This document shows, in pieces, positions 1-8,621 of a DNA stretch of 64,000 bases. The position numbers were made by a program, and so were the translations under genes. The notes below the pieces were generated by a model. The model was given only the letters and a program-made list of their open reading frames with translations, searched no databases and had not been told where the DNA came from. Positions within the stretch are counted from its first letter, which is position 1. Each line of letters opens with the position of its first letter. This DNA is from Patescibacteria group bacterium (GTDB lineage: Bacteria; Patescibacteriota; Patescibacteriia; Patescibacteriales; GWC2-42-12), in the NCBI GenBank assembly GCA_041662965.1, contig JBAZRI010000001.1, positions 99,680 to 163,679 of the forward strand. The letters are read 5' to 3'.

Positions 1-1
1 G

Positions 2-1273
2 ATTTACGCGAAACTTTACGACGAAATTGAAACTCCCAGAAATGAAAATAGGCGATTTAGGGTTATGGCCGGCGCGACGAATAAGGAAAACTTAAATAAT
101 ATTTGTCGTTTATTTGAAGACGCTAAAAGCCAATGGCGGGATGTTTTTAAGGCCAATGACGAAATAGAAATTCCGGAAAACGTAGTCGTGCCGGCGGTTT
201 CTCTTCTGCAAAAATATCGGCTTTTCGGCTCAAACCTGCAGATTATAGACGATGCTTTTGAATATCTTATTAATTTGGACGCTAAGGGAGAAAAGGGCCA
301 ATATTTTACGCCGCGGCACGTAATTGATATGGCGGTAAAGATGCTAAATCCGACCTCAAAAGATTTTATTATTGATTCGGCGGCCGGCAGCTGCGGTTTT
401 TTGCTGCACGCCATGCAATATGTTTGGCAAAACGAACTGACTAAAGTTAAATATGGCGACAGTTATGATGTTAAGCAAAAAGATTATGCCGAAAAGCATT
501 TGTTCGGCATTGATTTTGATCCGCGCTCGGTTAAAATCGGCAAAGCCATGATGCTTATCGCCGGAGACGGGAAAACCAATGTAACTTATGCTAATTCTTT
601 AGATTCGGAAATTTGGAGCGAAGAAACGAAAGCGCGCTTCCGTCCGTTTTTGCGGACATTTAAAGATAGCGAAGAAAGTCGGAGAAATCAGGAAAAGATG
701 AGTGATTTTAATTTTGACATAGTTTTAACCAATCCGCCGTTTGCCGGAGAAATAAAAGGAGTTTTACTTAACCGGTATGATCTTGGCTTTAAATGGGATA
801 AAAATTTTGAAAAAACTTCAAAGCATCAAAATAAAGTTTCGCGCGACGTTTTATTTATTGAACGCAACTTAAATTTTTTAAAGCCGGGCGGGCGCATGGC
901 CATAGTTTTACCGCAAGGAGTATTAAATAATACCCAGATGGAATATGTCCGAAAATTTATTTTAACTAAAGCTAGGCTTTTAGCGGTCGTCGGTCTGCAC
1001 GGCAATACCTTTAAGCCTCATACCGGTACAAAAACTTCGGTAATATTTTTGCAAAAATTGAACGAGGGCGAAGAAGCACCGAAAGACTATCCGATTTTTA
1101 TGGCGGTTTCTAAAAAGGGCGGGAAAGATACATCCGGGGAATATATTTATAGAAAAGATAAAGATGGAAATGTTATGTTTAATATGGAAGGTAAGAAAAT
1201 TATTGACCATGATTTGGATGAGATTGCGGAGGAGTTTGAGAAGTTCGCGAAAGAGCAAAAAATTAATTTTTAA
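2..1273 (+). CDS. hsdM: Type I restriction-modification N6-adenine DNA methyltransferase subunit (HsdM-like), 5'-partial
   Basis: The frame is open from the window edge (IYAKLYDEIETP... precedes the listed Met), so the gene starts upstream. It has an AdoMet motif IIDSAAGSCGFL and the catalytic NPPF motif (VLTNPPFAG). An hsdS gene lies in the same operon. Confidence 0.85.
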   Translation: MYAKLYDEIETPRNENRRFRVMAGATNKENLNNICRLFEDAKSQWRDVFKANDEIEIPENVVVPAVSLLQKYRLFGSNLQIIDDAFEYLINLDAKGEKGQYFTPRHVIDMAVKMLNPTSKDFIIDSAAGSCGFLLHAMQYVWQNELTKVKYGDSYDVKQKDYAEKHLFGIDFDPRSVKIGKAMMLIAGDGKTNVTYANSLDSEIWSEETKARFRPFLRTFKDSEESRRNQEKMSDFNFDIVLTNPPFAGEIKGVLLNRYDLGFKWDKNFEKTSKHQNKVSRDVLFIERNLNFLKPGGRMAIVLPQGVLNNTQMEYVRKFILTKARLLAVVGLHGNTFKPHTGTKTSVIFLQKLNEGEEAPKDYPIFMAVSKKGGKDTSGEYIYRKDKDGNVMFNMEGKKIIDHDLDEIAEEFEKFAKEQKINF

Positions 1274-1275
1274 TT

Positions 1276-1851
1276 ATGACTGAATTAGTAAATATTTGGT
1301 TTTATACATTAAGTACATCTGCGCAGGTGCTAGCCGCCTTAGTTGGACTTTTTGCTGTATTTGTAGTTTATAAATTACAAGGGCTAAGCTCTTCCCTCGA
1401 GGATGTGCGGAATATTACCGTAAAAATTCTATCTCATTTTTCTCTTAATACAACGGATTTTACTAAATATAGCGAGGAAATGCTTGGCGTAAAATCTGAC
1501 AGAGAATTAATATTAGTATTCAATAAAATTTTAGAAGTGCGCGACAAAGAACCAGATAAACTGGGGATAAAATCTTACCCTATTAAAAGTAATTTATTTC
1601 AAGAAAAGTATTATAACTTAAATAATGAGACAAAAACTTATTATGAGAAAAAAGTGGAATTAAAAGAGGATATATATAAAAGACTTAAAGAAAGTCTTAT
1701 TTTTGGATTTATTTTAATTTCTGTTTGCATCCTTGAATTAAGTTTTACTAATTATTTGGTTAACTTTAAGGTTTTATTTTTTACTTCCATAGCTATTGTT
1801 TTGTATATGATATCAATTTTAAAAAATATTTATTTAATTTCTGCTTCCTAA
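1276..1851 (+). CDS. Hypothetical membrane protein embedded between hsdM and hsdS (1 N-terminal TM, about 100-aa soluble region, 2 C-terminal TMs)
   Basis: The ATG is 2 nt after the hsdM stop and the stop is 1 nt before the hsdS ATG. Hydrophobic segments are VLAALVGLFAVFVVY, LIFGFILISVCILEL and VLFFTSIAIVLYMISIL. It is very AT-rich and I recognise no family. Confidence 0.6.
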   Translation: MTELVNIWFYTLSTSAQVLAALVGLFAVFVVYKLQGLSSSLEDVRNITVKILSHFSLNTTDFTKYSEEMLGVKSDRELILVFNKILEVRDKEPDKLGIKSYPIKSNLFQEKYYNLNNETKTYYEKKVELKEDIYKRLKESLIFGFILISVCILELSFTNYLVNFKVLFFTSIAIVLYMISILKNIYLISAS

Positions 1852-1852
1852 A

Positions 1853-3217
1853 ATGATTATTTACTCAATAATCCAAAAATCAAAACTTGAAGGCGCTTTG
1901 CGGATTGATGCTGAATATTATCAGCCGGAATATTTAGAATTGGAGAAAAGGCTAAATTCATTAAAAACAAAAACTATAGATGAAATTTGCGAGTCTGTTA
2001 TTAGTTTTGGAGCGTATTCACTTACAAGTAATATAGTATGGAAAAATGATGGGGTGCCTTATATTAATGTTGGCGACATCCATAACGGATATATTAATTT
2101 TAGCAATGTTAAATATATTAGCGAAAAAGTTGATGGGATTTTGAATAAATCAAGGGTAAATAACGGCCAAGTTTTACTGACAATGGCAGGTACGATTGGC
2201 AATGCAGCCGTGGTACATAATATTCCTCGGCCAGCCAACGCTAACCAAGCGATAGCCAAGATTACTCCGCTCAAAGGTATTTCACCATACTATCTAGCGG
2301 CATTTTTAAATTCAAAATACGGCCGATTACAAACACAGCGAGAAATAGTCAGTAGCGTTCAGGCAAATATTTTTCTTGGAACTATTAAAAAATTCAAGAT
2401 TCCCGTTTTTAATAACGCGGAAACCAAGGAAGTGGAGCAAAAATATAAAAACTTTCTTAACGAGCTTGAAAACTTAAAAACTTTTTACGCGCAAGCCGAA
2501 AGAATACTTTTTGAGGAATTAGAATTAGTTGATTTTAAGGCAGATAAAAGCTTATTTTCCGTCGTGAATTTATCCGAGGTAGAAGATGCCGATCGAATAG
2601 ATGCCGAATATTTCCAGGAAAAATATAAAAAGTTGGTAAAAAAAATAAAATTAAATAACGCAAAAAGACTGGGAGATTTGGTTTCAATAAAAAAAGGTTT
2701 TGAGCCGGGAAGTGAACAATATTATGAAGAAGGAAAATTATTTATTAGGGTCAGCAGTTTATCTGTGAATGGAATTAATTTAACGGACGAAAAATATTTA
2801 AGTGAAAAATTGTATAATGAATTAAAAGATAATTATCAGCCCAAAGTCGGAGAAATTTTATTAACTAAAGATGCTACGCCCGGAATAGCTTATACCGTTA
2901 AAGAACCGGTTGAAGGGATAATGTCGGGCGGGATTTTAAGATTAAAAATAAAAGAAAATATCAATGCGGAATATTTAACCCTTTGCCTAAACTCTGTTAT
3001 TGGGAAAATGCAGGCGGAACGGGATTCCGGCGGATCGGTTATCGCTCATTGGAAACCTGAACAAATAAAAAACATGTTGATTCCAATTTTGCCGAAAGAA
3101 ATTCAAGAAAAAATTGCTGATTTAGTACGGCAGTCGCACGAAGCGAGAAAAAAGGCCAAAGAGTTATTGGAAGAGGCAAAATTAAAGGTTGAGGAAATGA
3201 TTGAGAATAAAAAATAA
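1853..3217 (+). CDS. hsdS: Type I restriction-modification specificity subunit (HsdS)
   Basis: Two-half architecture with a duplicated conserved spacer motif (LRIDAEYYQPEY and DRIDAEYFQEKY). Each copy is followed by a variable TRD-like region, and there is a C-terminal coiled coil. It is directly coupled to the methylase operon. Confidence 0.85.
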   Translation: MIIYSIIQKSKLEGALRIDAEYYQPEYLELEKRLNSLKTKTIDEICESVISFGAYSLTSNIVWKNDGVPYINVGDIHNGYINFSNVKYISEKVDGILNKSRVNNGQVLLTMAGTIGNAAVVHNIPRPANANQAIAKITPLKGISPYYLAAFLNSKYGRLQTQREIVSSVQANIFLGTIKKFKIPVFNNAETKEVEQKYKNFLNELENLKTFYAQAERILFEELELVDFKADKSLFSVVNLSEVEDADRIDAEYFQEKYKKLVKKIKLNNAKRLGDLVSIKKGFEPGSEQYYEEGKLFIRVSSLSVNGINLTDEKYLSEKLYNELKDNYQPKVGEILLTKDATPGIAYTVKEPVEGIMSGGILRLKIKENINAEYLTLCLNSVIGKMQAERDSGGSVIAHWKPEQIKNMLIPILPKEIQEKIADLVRQSHEARKKAKELLEEAKLKVEEMIENKK

Positions 3218-3450
3218 TTATTTATAAAATATGTTGAAAAAATTGAAATTAGAGAAAAAACATAAAGTTAGTTTAAAGTTAGAAAAAAAGGGTGAAGCAG
3301 TATCGCTAAATAATGAGCCAAAACACCCGATTAAACTCAAGCTTGAAAAAAAATAATTTTAACTAAGATAGAGCTTACGGAATGATTTGGAAGGGTGAGA
3401 GAGTTAATATTAATGAAATTTATCAATCCAATAGCGATCTTAAAATTATC

Positions 3451-3480
3451 AAAAACAGGTTAAATGGCCTGTTTTTGTTT
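3451..3480 (+). terminator. Candidate intrinsic terminator after the hsd operon
   Basis: Stem aaaaacagg / cctgttttt with an 8-nt loop, followed by a T-rich tail. Confidence 0.45.
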
Positions 3481-3573
3481 TACTTTTAATTTAAGCGAAA
3501 ATAAGGTATAATAGAAGTATGTTTTTAGATTTTATCCAAATTATTATTGGTAAATATGCAGTTATAAATTTTT

Positions 3574-4089
3574 ATGCCAACCGAAAATACCAATGAACCA
3601 ATAGTAGAAACCCCAACTCCGCCGGTTGAGCCTGCGGCAGAGCCTGCTATTCCGATCGTGGCACCTGTGCTAACTCCGGAAGCTCAACCGCCTGCGGCCG
3701 AAACTCCGCCGCCGCCGGCAGAGCCGGTTAACGCGACAAACACCTCACCCCCCGCCGACGCTGAAGCTATGGCGGGCGAGCAACCCTCTCCTTATCAAGG
3801 AGAGGGAGCAAAGCAAACCGGCCAACCCTCTGGAGAGGGAGCAAAGCAAACCGGCATAACCGCTTTGCTTATGAAAGCCAAAGAGAAAATTCAGTTTAGG
3901 AAGCGGGCGAAATTGGAAAAGATTATGGCGCTGGCGCAAAGCCGGGGAAAAATTACCAATAATGACGCGCAAAAACTTTTGCGCGTGTCTGACGCTACGG
4001 CTACGCGCTATTTAGCCGAACTGGTAAAACAGGGGAGATTAAGGCGGGTTGGGCCGGCCAATAACGCTTTTTATGAAATTAACGGCTAA
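3574..4089 (+). CDS. Pro/Ala-rich protein with C-terminal winged-helix DNA-binding domain
   Basis: The N-terminal half is low-complexity P/E/A-rich. It contains a tandem GEGAKQTG repeat. The C-terminus ITNNDAQKLLRVSDATATRYLAELVKQGRLRRVG looks like a DeoR/MarR-type wHTH. Confidence 0.55.
   Translation: MPTENTNEPIVETPTPPVEPAAEPAIPIVAPVLTPEAQPPAAETPPPPAEPVNATNTSPPADAEAMAGEQPSPYQGEGAKQTGQPSGEGAKQTGITALLMKAKEKIQFRKRAKLEKIMALAQSRGKITNNDAQKLLRVSDATATRYLAELVKQGRLRRVGPANNAFYEING
3781..3855 (+). repeat. In-frame tandem duplication with hairpin-forming units inside the wHTH protein gene
   Basis: caaccctct(ccttatcaa)ggagagggagcaaagcaaaccggc occurs twice. ccctctcc...ggagaggg is self-complementary. Confidence 0.75.
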
Positions 4090-4153
4090 TTCGCGGGTCA
4101 GTTGATCCGCGGCCGCGGCTCATTTCCACCATTTGAGCCTTAAACTTAAATAT

Positions 4154-4549
4154 ATGCCTAACTACGATTGGTATGCCCAGCTTATTAAGCCCGCCTGGTC
4201 GCCGCCGGCCTGGCTGTTCGGCCCGGTCTGGACTTTGCTCTATGTTTTAATCGCGGTTTCTTTCGGCAAAGTATTTTTAATGGCCTGGCAGAAGCAAGTC
4301 ACCCTGCTAGTGGCTTTGCCCTTCGCGCTTAATTTGCTGTTTAATTTTATTTTTACGCCCATCCAGTTCGGCTTGAAAAATAATCTTTTGGCGGCGGTTG
4401 ATATTCTTCTGGTTTTAGGCACTTTAATTTGGGCGATGATCGCGATTTGGCCGCATGCCAGATGGATCGCCTACGCGCAGATTCCGTATTTACTTTGGGT
4501 GTCGTTCGCCACGGTTTTACAGCTAACCATAACTTATTTAAATAAATAA
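4154..4549 (+). CDS. tspO: TspO/MBR family (tryptophan-rich sensory protein)-like, lacking the usual first TM helix
   Basis: Signature WYAQLIKPAWSPPAWLFGPVWTLLYVLIA and C-terminal IPYLLWVSFATVL. An in-frame TGA at 4103-4105 precludes a longer N-terminus. Confidence 0.7.
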   Translation: MPNYDWYAQLIKPAWSPPAWLFGPVWTLLYVLIAVSFGKVFLMAWQKQVTLLVALPFALNLLFNFIFTPIQFGLKNNLLAAVDILLVLGTLIWAMIAIWPHARWIAYAQIPYLLWVSFATVLQLTITYLNK

Positions 4550-4568
4550 TTTTTTTAAAAACAATTTT

Positions 4569-5519
4569 ATGCCAATGCAAAAGTATCTGAAAATCGCCGG
4601 GTTTATCGCGCTGGTTATTTTGGTTTCATATTTCGGCATCATGGCCATGCTTACGGGCATGGGCAATAAATCTTACAACACTTTGTCCGTGGAATCGGGT
4701 GCCGGCATGGGAATATTCCAAACCGCGGCGCCGTCAATGAAATCCGCTCCGATGTTTTCCGGCGAAAGCGCTAGGGATTCGGCCGCGACCATAGAGCAAG
4801 CGCTAAGCCCGAGCTCGGTGGTTCAGCCGATTGATAAAAAAATCATAAAAACCGGAGACTTAAGCTTAAAGGTTGAGCGCGCGGAAACCGCGGCCGAGAG
4901 CATCACCAATATCGCCAAAGTGAACAAAGGCGAAGTGGCCGGCTCCAATTTTTACGAATCCACCCGGGGCGTAAAATCCGGCTTTATTACCGTGCGCGTG
5001 CCGTACAATAATTTTGACGCCGCCTTTGCCGAAATAAAAAAAGTCGCCACTCAAGTCGTTTCCGAGTCAAGCAATTCCCAGGACATAACCGAGCAGTATA
5101 TTGACCTGGAAGCGCGGCTTAAAAATAAGCAAGCCGAGGAAGTGTCGTTTGCCGCGCTATTAAACCGCGCCGGCAAGCTTGAAGAAATAATTTCCGTAAC
5201 CAGAGAGCTGGCCAGGGTGCGCGGCGAAATTGAACAGCTTCAGGGCCAACTGCGCTATTTAAATTCCCAAACCGATATGTCAACCATCACGGCCAGCTTA
5301 AGCGAAGACGTGGAAATCGCGGCGGCCAGCCAAGATTGGCGGCCCTGGCAGGTAATTAAGCTTTCGGTTAAACAGCTTATAACCGCCGGCCAGAATTTCG
5401 TTGACGGCCTGATCGCTTTTTTGATTGTCGTTCTGCCCATGCTCATAATTTACGGCCTGATAATCTGGGCGCTTTACCTTATCGGCAAAAAAATTTATAA
5501 CCGGACTAAAGGCTTATAG
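4569..5519 (+). CDS. DUF4349-like membrane-anchored protein
   Basis: N-terminal TM, then IIKTGDLSLKVE...ITVRVP...DITEQYIDLEARLKNK...LQGQLRYLNSQTDMSTITASL, then a C-terminal TM. This is the typical DUF4349 layout as I recall it. Confidence 0.65.
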   Translation: MPMQKYLKIAGFIALVILVSYFGIMAMLTGMGNKSYNTLSVESGAGMGIFQTAAPSMKSAPMFSGESARDSAATIEQALSPSSVVQPIDKKIIKTGDLSLKVERAETAAESITNIAKVNKGEVAGSNFYESTRGVKSGFITVRVPYNNFDAAFAEIKKVATQVVSESSNSQDITEQYIDLEARLKNKQAEEVSFAALLNRAGKLEEIISVTRELARVRGEIEQLQGQLRYLNSQTDMSTITASLSEDVEIAAASQDWRPWQVIKLSVKQLITAGQNFVDGLIAFLIVVLPMLIIYGLIIWALYLIGKKIYNRTKGL

Positions 5520-5580
5520 TTGAAAAATAGAGAATCAGTACCGGCGATTTTATAATTTATTTTTTTAAGCATAAAATAAT

Positions 5581-6234
5581 ATGATCTATCTGCTTGACCT
5601 ATTGGGCACGCTGGCTTTTGCCGTGGGCGGAGCCTATAAAGCCAAAGGCAGAAAATTAAATTTATTCGGCGTGGTTTTTTTAGGCGCCATAACCGCGGTC
5701 GGCGGCGGCACGATCCGCGACTTAATCATCGGCCGGACGCCGCTATTCTACCTTAGAGATTCTAATTATCTCTTAATCTGCTTATTGGCCGGACTGGCGA
5801 CATATTTGCTCCCCAATTTTTTTAAAAAAACTTATTCCATTTTCCGCTTGATTGATTCAATCGGCTTGGCGGTTTTCGTGATCATCGGAGCTTCTATCTG
5901 CCAATCTTTTTTATTTAACGGCGCGATCCTGCCGACGGTTTTATCCTCTTTCGCCTGCGTATTCTTAGGCATGCTGACCGGTTTCGGCGGCGGGGTTTTG
6001 CGCGACGCTATCATGGGCGATACGCCCTTTGCTTTAAAGCCCGGGTCAAATTATGTTTCCAGCGCTTTTTTCGGAGCTTCCATTTATTATTTTTTAATGT
6101 TTTTCAATAACAATCTGGCGATATTCATATCAATTATTACTACTTTGGTTTTACGGGAAATCGTGTCAGAATACGGGATATATAAAAAGCTAGTAGTTAA
6201 AAAATCATTTTTTAATAAAATCTTTAATAAGTAG
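5581..6234 (+). CDS. Trimeric intracellular cation channel / UPF0126 (YadS/YicG-like) membrane protein
   Basis: The glycine-rich motif is duplicated (AVGGGTIRDLIIGRTP and GFGGGVLRDAIMGDTP) within a 7-TM-like profile. Confidence 0.8.
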   Translation: MIYLLDLLGTLAFAVGGAYKAKGRKLNLFGVVFLGAITAVGGGTIRDLIIGRTPLFYLRDSNYLLICLLAGLATYLLPNFFKKTYSIFRLIDSIGLAVFVIIGASICQSFLFNGAILPTVLSSFACVFLGMLTGFGGGVLRDAIMGDTPFALKPGSNYVSSAFFGASIYYFLMFFNNNLAIFISIITTLVLREIVSEYGIYKKLVVKKSFFNKIFNK

Positions 6235-6235
6235 C

Positions 6236-6517
6236 ATGGATAATCCAATTAACCTTATAAAATTTAAGGCGGCGCTCGAAAAAAATAAAGAAATTTATCT
6301 GCGGATTAAGGCGCGGCCGGGCGCGGCTAAAACCGGCCTTAAAGAGATTATGGCGGACCAGACCATTAAAATAGATATAGCGGCGCCGGCCGTTAAGAAT
6401 AAAGCCAATCAAGAATTAATAAAATTTTTAGCCGGACAATTTGCGGTAAATAAAAATAATGTTAAGATAATCAGCGGAGCGGGGGAGAGGGTTAAATTAG
6501 TAAAGATAGTAAAATAA
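6236..6517 (+). CDS. DUF167 (YggU) family protein
   Basis: About 93 aa with LRIKARPGAAKTGL...IKIDIAAPAVKNKANQELIKFLA...VKIISGAGERVKLVKI, the characteristic YggU pattern. Confidence 0.75.
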   Translation: MDNPINLIKFKAALEKNKEIYLRIKARPGAAKTGLKEIMADQTIKIDIAAPAVKNKANQELIKFLAGQFAVNKNNVKIISGAGERVKLVKIVK

Positions 6518-6528
6518 TAAAAGAAATG

Positions 6529-6608
6529 GATTGCGGATCAAGTCCGCAATGACAATAAATTGGAGATTGCTTCGTCGCCTCGTAGATGCGGGGCTCCTCG
6601 CAATGACA
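6529..6608. repeat. Family A palindromic repeat (GTCATTGCGAG...GAAGCAATCTC type): short variant plus full copy
   Basis: gattgcggatcaagtccgcaatgaca (6529-6554) and gagattgcttcgtcgcctcgtagatgcggggctcctcgcaatgaca (6563-6608). Confidence 0.8.
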
Positions 6609-6617
6609 AATAAAAAT

Positions 6618-7328
6618 ATGCCAGATAAAACCAATCAAAAAAATATTCCGCTTCATGTCGGTATCATCATGGACGGCAACCGGCGTTGGGCGCGGGAAAG
6701 GAATTTGCCGACTTTTGAGGGGCATCTTTTAGGCTATGAAAAAATGAAGCAGGCGCCGGAATGGTTTTTCTCCCGCGGCGTAAAAATTTTATCATTTTAC
6801 GCTTTTTCCACGGAAAATTGGAACCGCCAGCCGGTGGAAGTGAATTATTTAATGAAGTTACTCCAGAACGCGGTTGAAAATAATTTGCGCGCTTTGGCTA
6901 AAAAGAACGGCTATAAAATTTTAATCAGCGGGCGCTTGGAAGAATTGCCCGGAGATTTGCCGGCTAAATGCCTGGAAATAATCCAAGAAACCAAAGCCAA
7001 CAATCAGGGGACTGTTAACGTCTGCTTGAATTACGGCGGGCGGGCGGAAATAGTCGACGCGGCGCGCAAGCTGATAAAAAATAAAGTTGAGCTTGAACAG
7101 GTGCACGAAGGCATGATAAAAAAATATTTATACAGCCCCGATCTGCCGGATCCGGACATAATCGTGCGCACTTCGGGCGAACAGCGGTTATCCGGCTTTT
7201 TAACCTGGCAGTCGGTTTACAGCGAATTATTTTTTATGAAAAAATATTGGCCGGATTTTGAAGAGTCGGACGCCGAAGCTGTTATAAAAGAATATGAGAA
7301 TAGGAACAGAAGGCATGGAGCAAATTGA
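6618..7328 (+). CDS. uppS: Isoprenyl transferase (undecaprenyl-diphosphate synthase family)
   Basis: Motifs HVGIIMDGNRRWA, FSTENWNR and RTSGEQRLSGFLTWQS. The track start at 6531 reads through a repeat element, so ATG 6618 (or 6603) is the more plausible start. Confidence 0.9.
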   Translation: MPDKTNQKNIPLHVGIIMDGNRRWARERNLPTFEGHLLGYEKMKQAPEWFFSRGVKILSFYAFSTENWNRQPVEVNYLMKLLQNAVENNLRALAKKNGYKILISGRLEELPGDLPAKCLEIIQETKANNQGTVNVCLNYGGRAEIVDAARKLIKNKVELEQVHEGMIKKYLYSPDLPDPDIIVRTSGEQRLSGFLTWQSVYSELFFMKKYWPDFEESDAEAVIKEYENRNRRHGAN

Positions 7329-7408
7329 AATTCGCGGCTAAAATCCTTTCTATTTTCCGGAAGGGTTTTTTTGTTGAATAATTATGGTTATTTTGCTAAA
7401 CTTTGTTC

Positions 7409-8617
7409 ATGAATAATCAAGCTAAAACTTCGCCTTTGGCCGACCGGCTGCGGCCGGAAACTTTAGAGGAATTTTTAGGCCAGGAAGAGATTGTCGGCCA
7501 GGGGAAAATGCTTAGGCAGGCCATAGAAGCGGATAAGGCGCCGTCGATGATTTTTTGGGGGCCGCCGGGCTCGGGCAAAACCACCTTGGCTTATATTATC
7601 GCTAAACATACCAAAGCGGAATTTATCAGGTTCAGCGCGGTAACCAGCGGGGTGAAAGATTTAAAAGAGGTGATTAAAAAGGCCAGAGCCAACGCCATTG
7701 AAGACAGGAAAACCGTTTTATTCATTGACGAAATCCACCGCTGGAACAAAGCCCAGCAGGACGCGCTTTTGCCCCATGTGGAAAAAGGAGTAATAACTTT
7801 AATCGGCGCCACTACGGAAAATCCCAGCTTTGAAGTGCGCGGGGCTTTATTGTCGCGCTGCCGCGTGTTTGTTTTAAAGCAATTAAGCGCCGAGCAAATT
7901 GGAGAAATTATCAAGAATGCGCTTAAAGATAAATTAAAAGGGCTGGGCGAAGCGGCCGTAAAAATAAGCGCTGAAACCATAAATATGCTGGCGCTGATGT
8001 CTAACGGCGACGCGCGCACGGCCTTGAATGTTTTGGAATATGCGGCCGCGCTGGACGCCGATATCACCGCCGACATTATCAAGCAAGCTTTTCAAAAATC
8101 ATATTTGCTTTATGATAAAGACGGGGAAGAGCATTATAATATAATTTCAGCTTTGCATAAAGCCTTGCGCGGCTCGGACGCGGACGCGGCGCTGTATTGG
8201 CTGGCGCGCATGCTGGAAGCCGGCGAAGATCCGCTTTATATAGCGCGGCGCTTAGTGCGCTTCGCTTCCGAGGATATCGGCTTGGCTAATTCGCGCGCTT
8301 TAGAGCAAGCCGTGGCCGCCTATCAAGCCTGCCATTTCATCGGCCTGCCAGAATGCAATGTTATTTTAGCCCAGGCCGTTGTTTATCTGGCTAAGTGCGA
8401 AAAGTCTAATGAACTTTATACGGCTTACAATCAGGCGGCGCATGACGTCCATGAATTAGGCAATCTGCCCGTGCCTTTGCATATCCGCAACGCGCCGACC
8501 AAATTAATGAAAGATTTAAATTACGGCAAAGATTATAAATATTCGCCTGACTACGGCTATAAAGAAAAGCAGGAGTATTTGCCGGAAAAGCTGAAAAATA
8601 AAAAATATTTAAAATAA
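7409..8617 (+). CDS. rarA: Replication-associated recombination protein A (AAA+ ATPase RarA/MgsA)
   Basis: [21 protein letters not shown], Walker [10 protein letters not shown], Walker [12 protein letters not shown] and the MgsA C-terminal region [23 protein letters not shown]. The first ATG is at 7409; the track start at 7403 is TTG. Confidence 0.9.
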   Translation: MNNQAKTSPLADRLRPETLEEFLGQEEIVGQGKMLRQAIEADKAPSMIFWGPPGSGKTTLAYIIAKHTKAEFIRFSAVTSGVKDLKEVIKKARANAIEDRKTVLFIDEIHRWNKAQQDALLPHVEKGVITLIGATTENPSFEVRGALLSRCRVFVLKQLSAEQIGEIIKNALKDKLKGLGEAAVKISAETINMLALMSNGDARTALNVLEYAAALDADITADIIKQAFQKSYLLYDKDGEEHYNIISALHKALRGSDADAALYWLARMLEAGEDPLYIARRLVRFASEDIGLANSRALEQAVAAYQACHFIGLPECNVILAQAVVYLAKCEKSNELYTAYNQAAHDVHELGNLPVPLHIRNAPTKLMKDLNYGKDYKYSPDYGYKEKQEYLPEKLKNKKYLK

Positions 8618-8621
8618 AATT

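Noticed and set aside
3231-3356. 41-codon ORF MLKKLKLEKKHKVSLKLEKKGEAVSLNNEPKHPIKLKLEKK downstream of hsdS.
   Set aside because: It is low-complexity K/L/E sequence arising from an A-rich tract with an internal KL.LEKK repetition. It has no SD and no comparative evidence. I am not calling it a gene, though a small-ORF conservation check would settle it.
6531-6617. N-terminal extensions given by the track for uppS (6531), queH (10008), gpmI-1 (19367), murJ (23683), GT4 (35550) and the sugar transferase (32669).
   Set aside because: The extensions translate intergenic repeat elements or the 3' end of rnpB (CHCEE..., CLPAGRQ, MNPVRNF...ISNGV). Internal ATGs give N-termini that match the family starts.
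7591-8082. Long antisense ORFs opposite real genes: 7591-8082(-), 9098-9556(-), 24399-24911(-), 30316-30810(-), 39346-39873(-), 47348-47995(-), 54149-54706(+), 55517-56146(-), and many 60-110-aa ones.
   Set aside because: Each lies entirely opposite a CDS with strong family motifs. Each has low-complexity, Ser/Ala/Pro/Lys-biased sequence and no recognisable domains. They are typical shadow ORFs.
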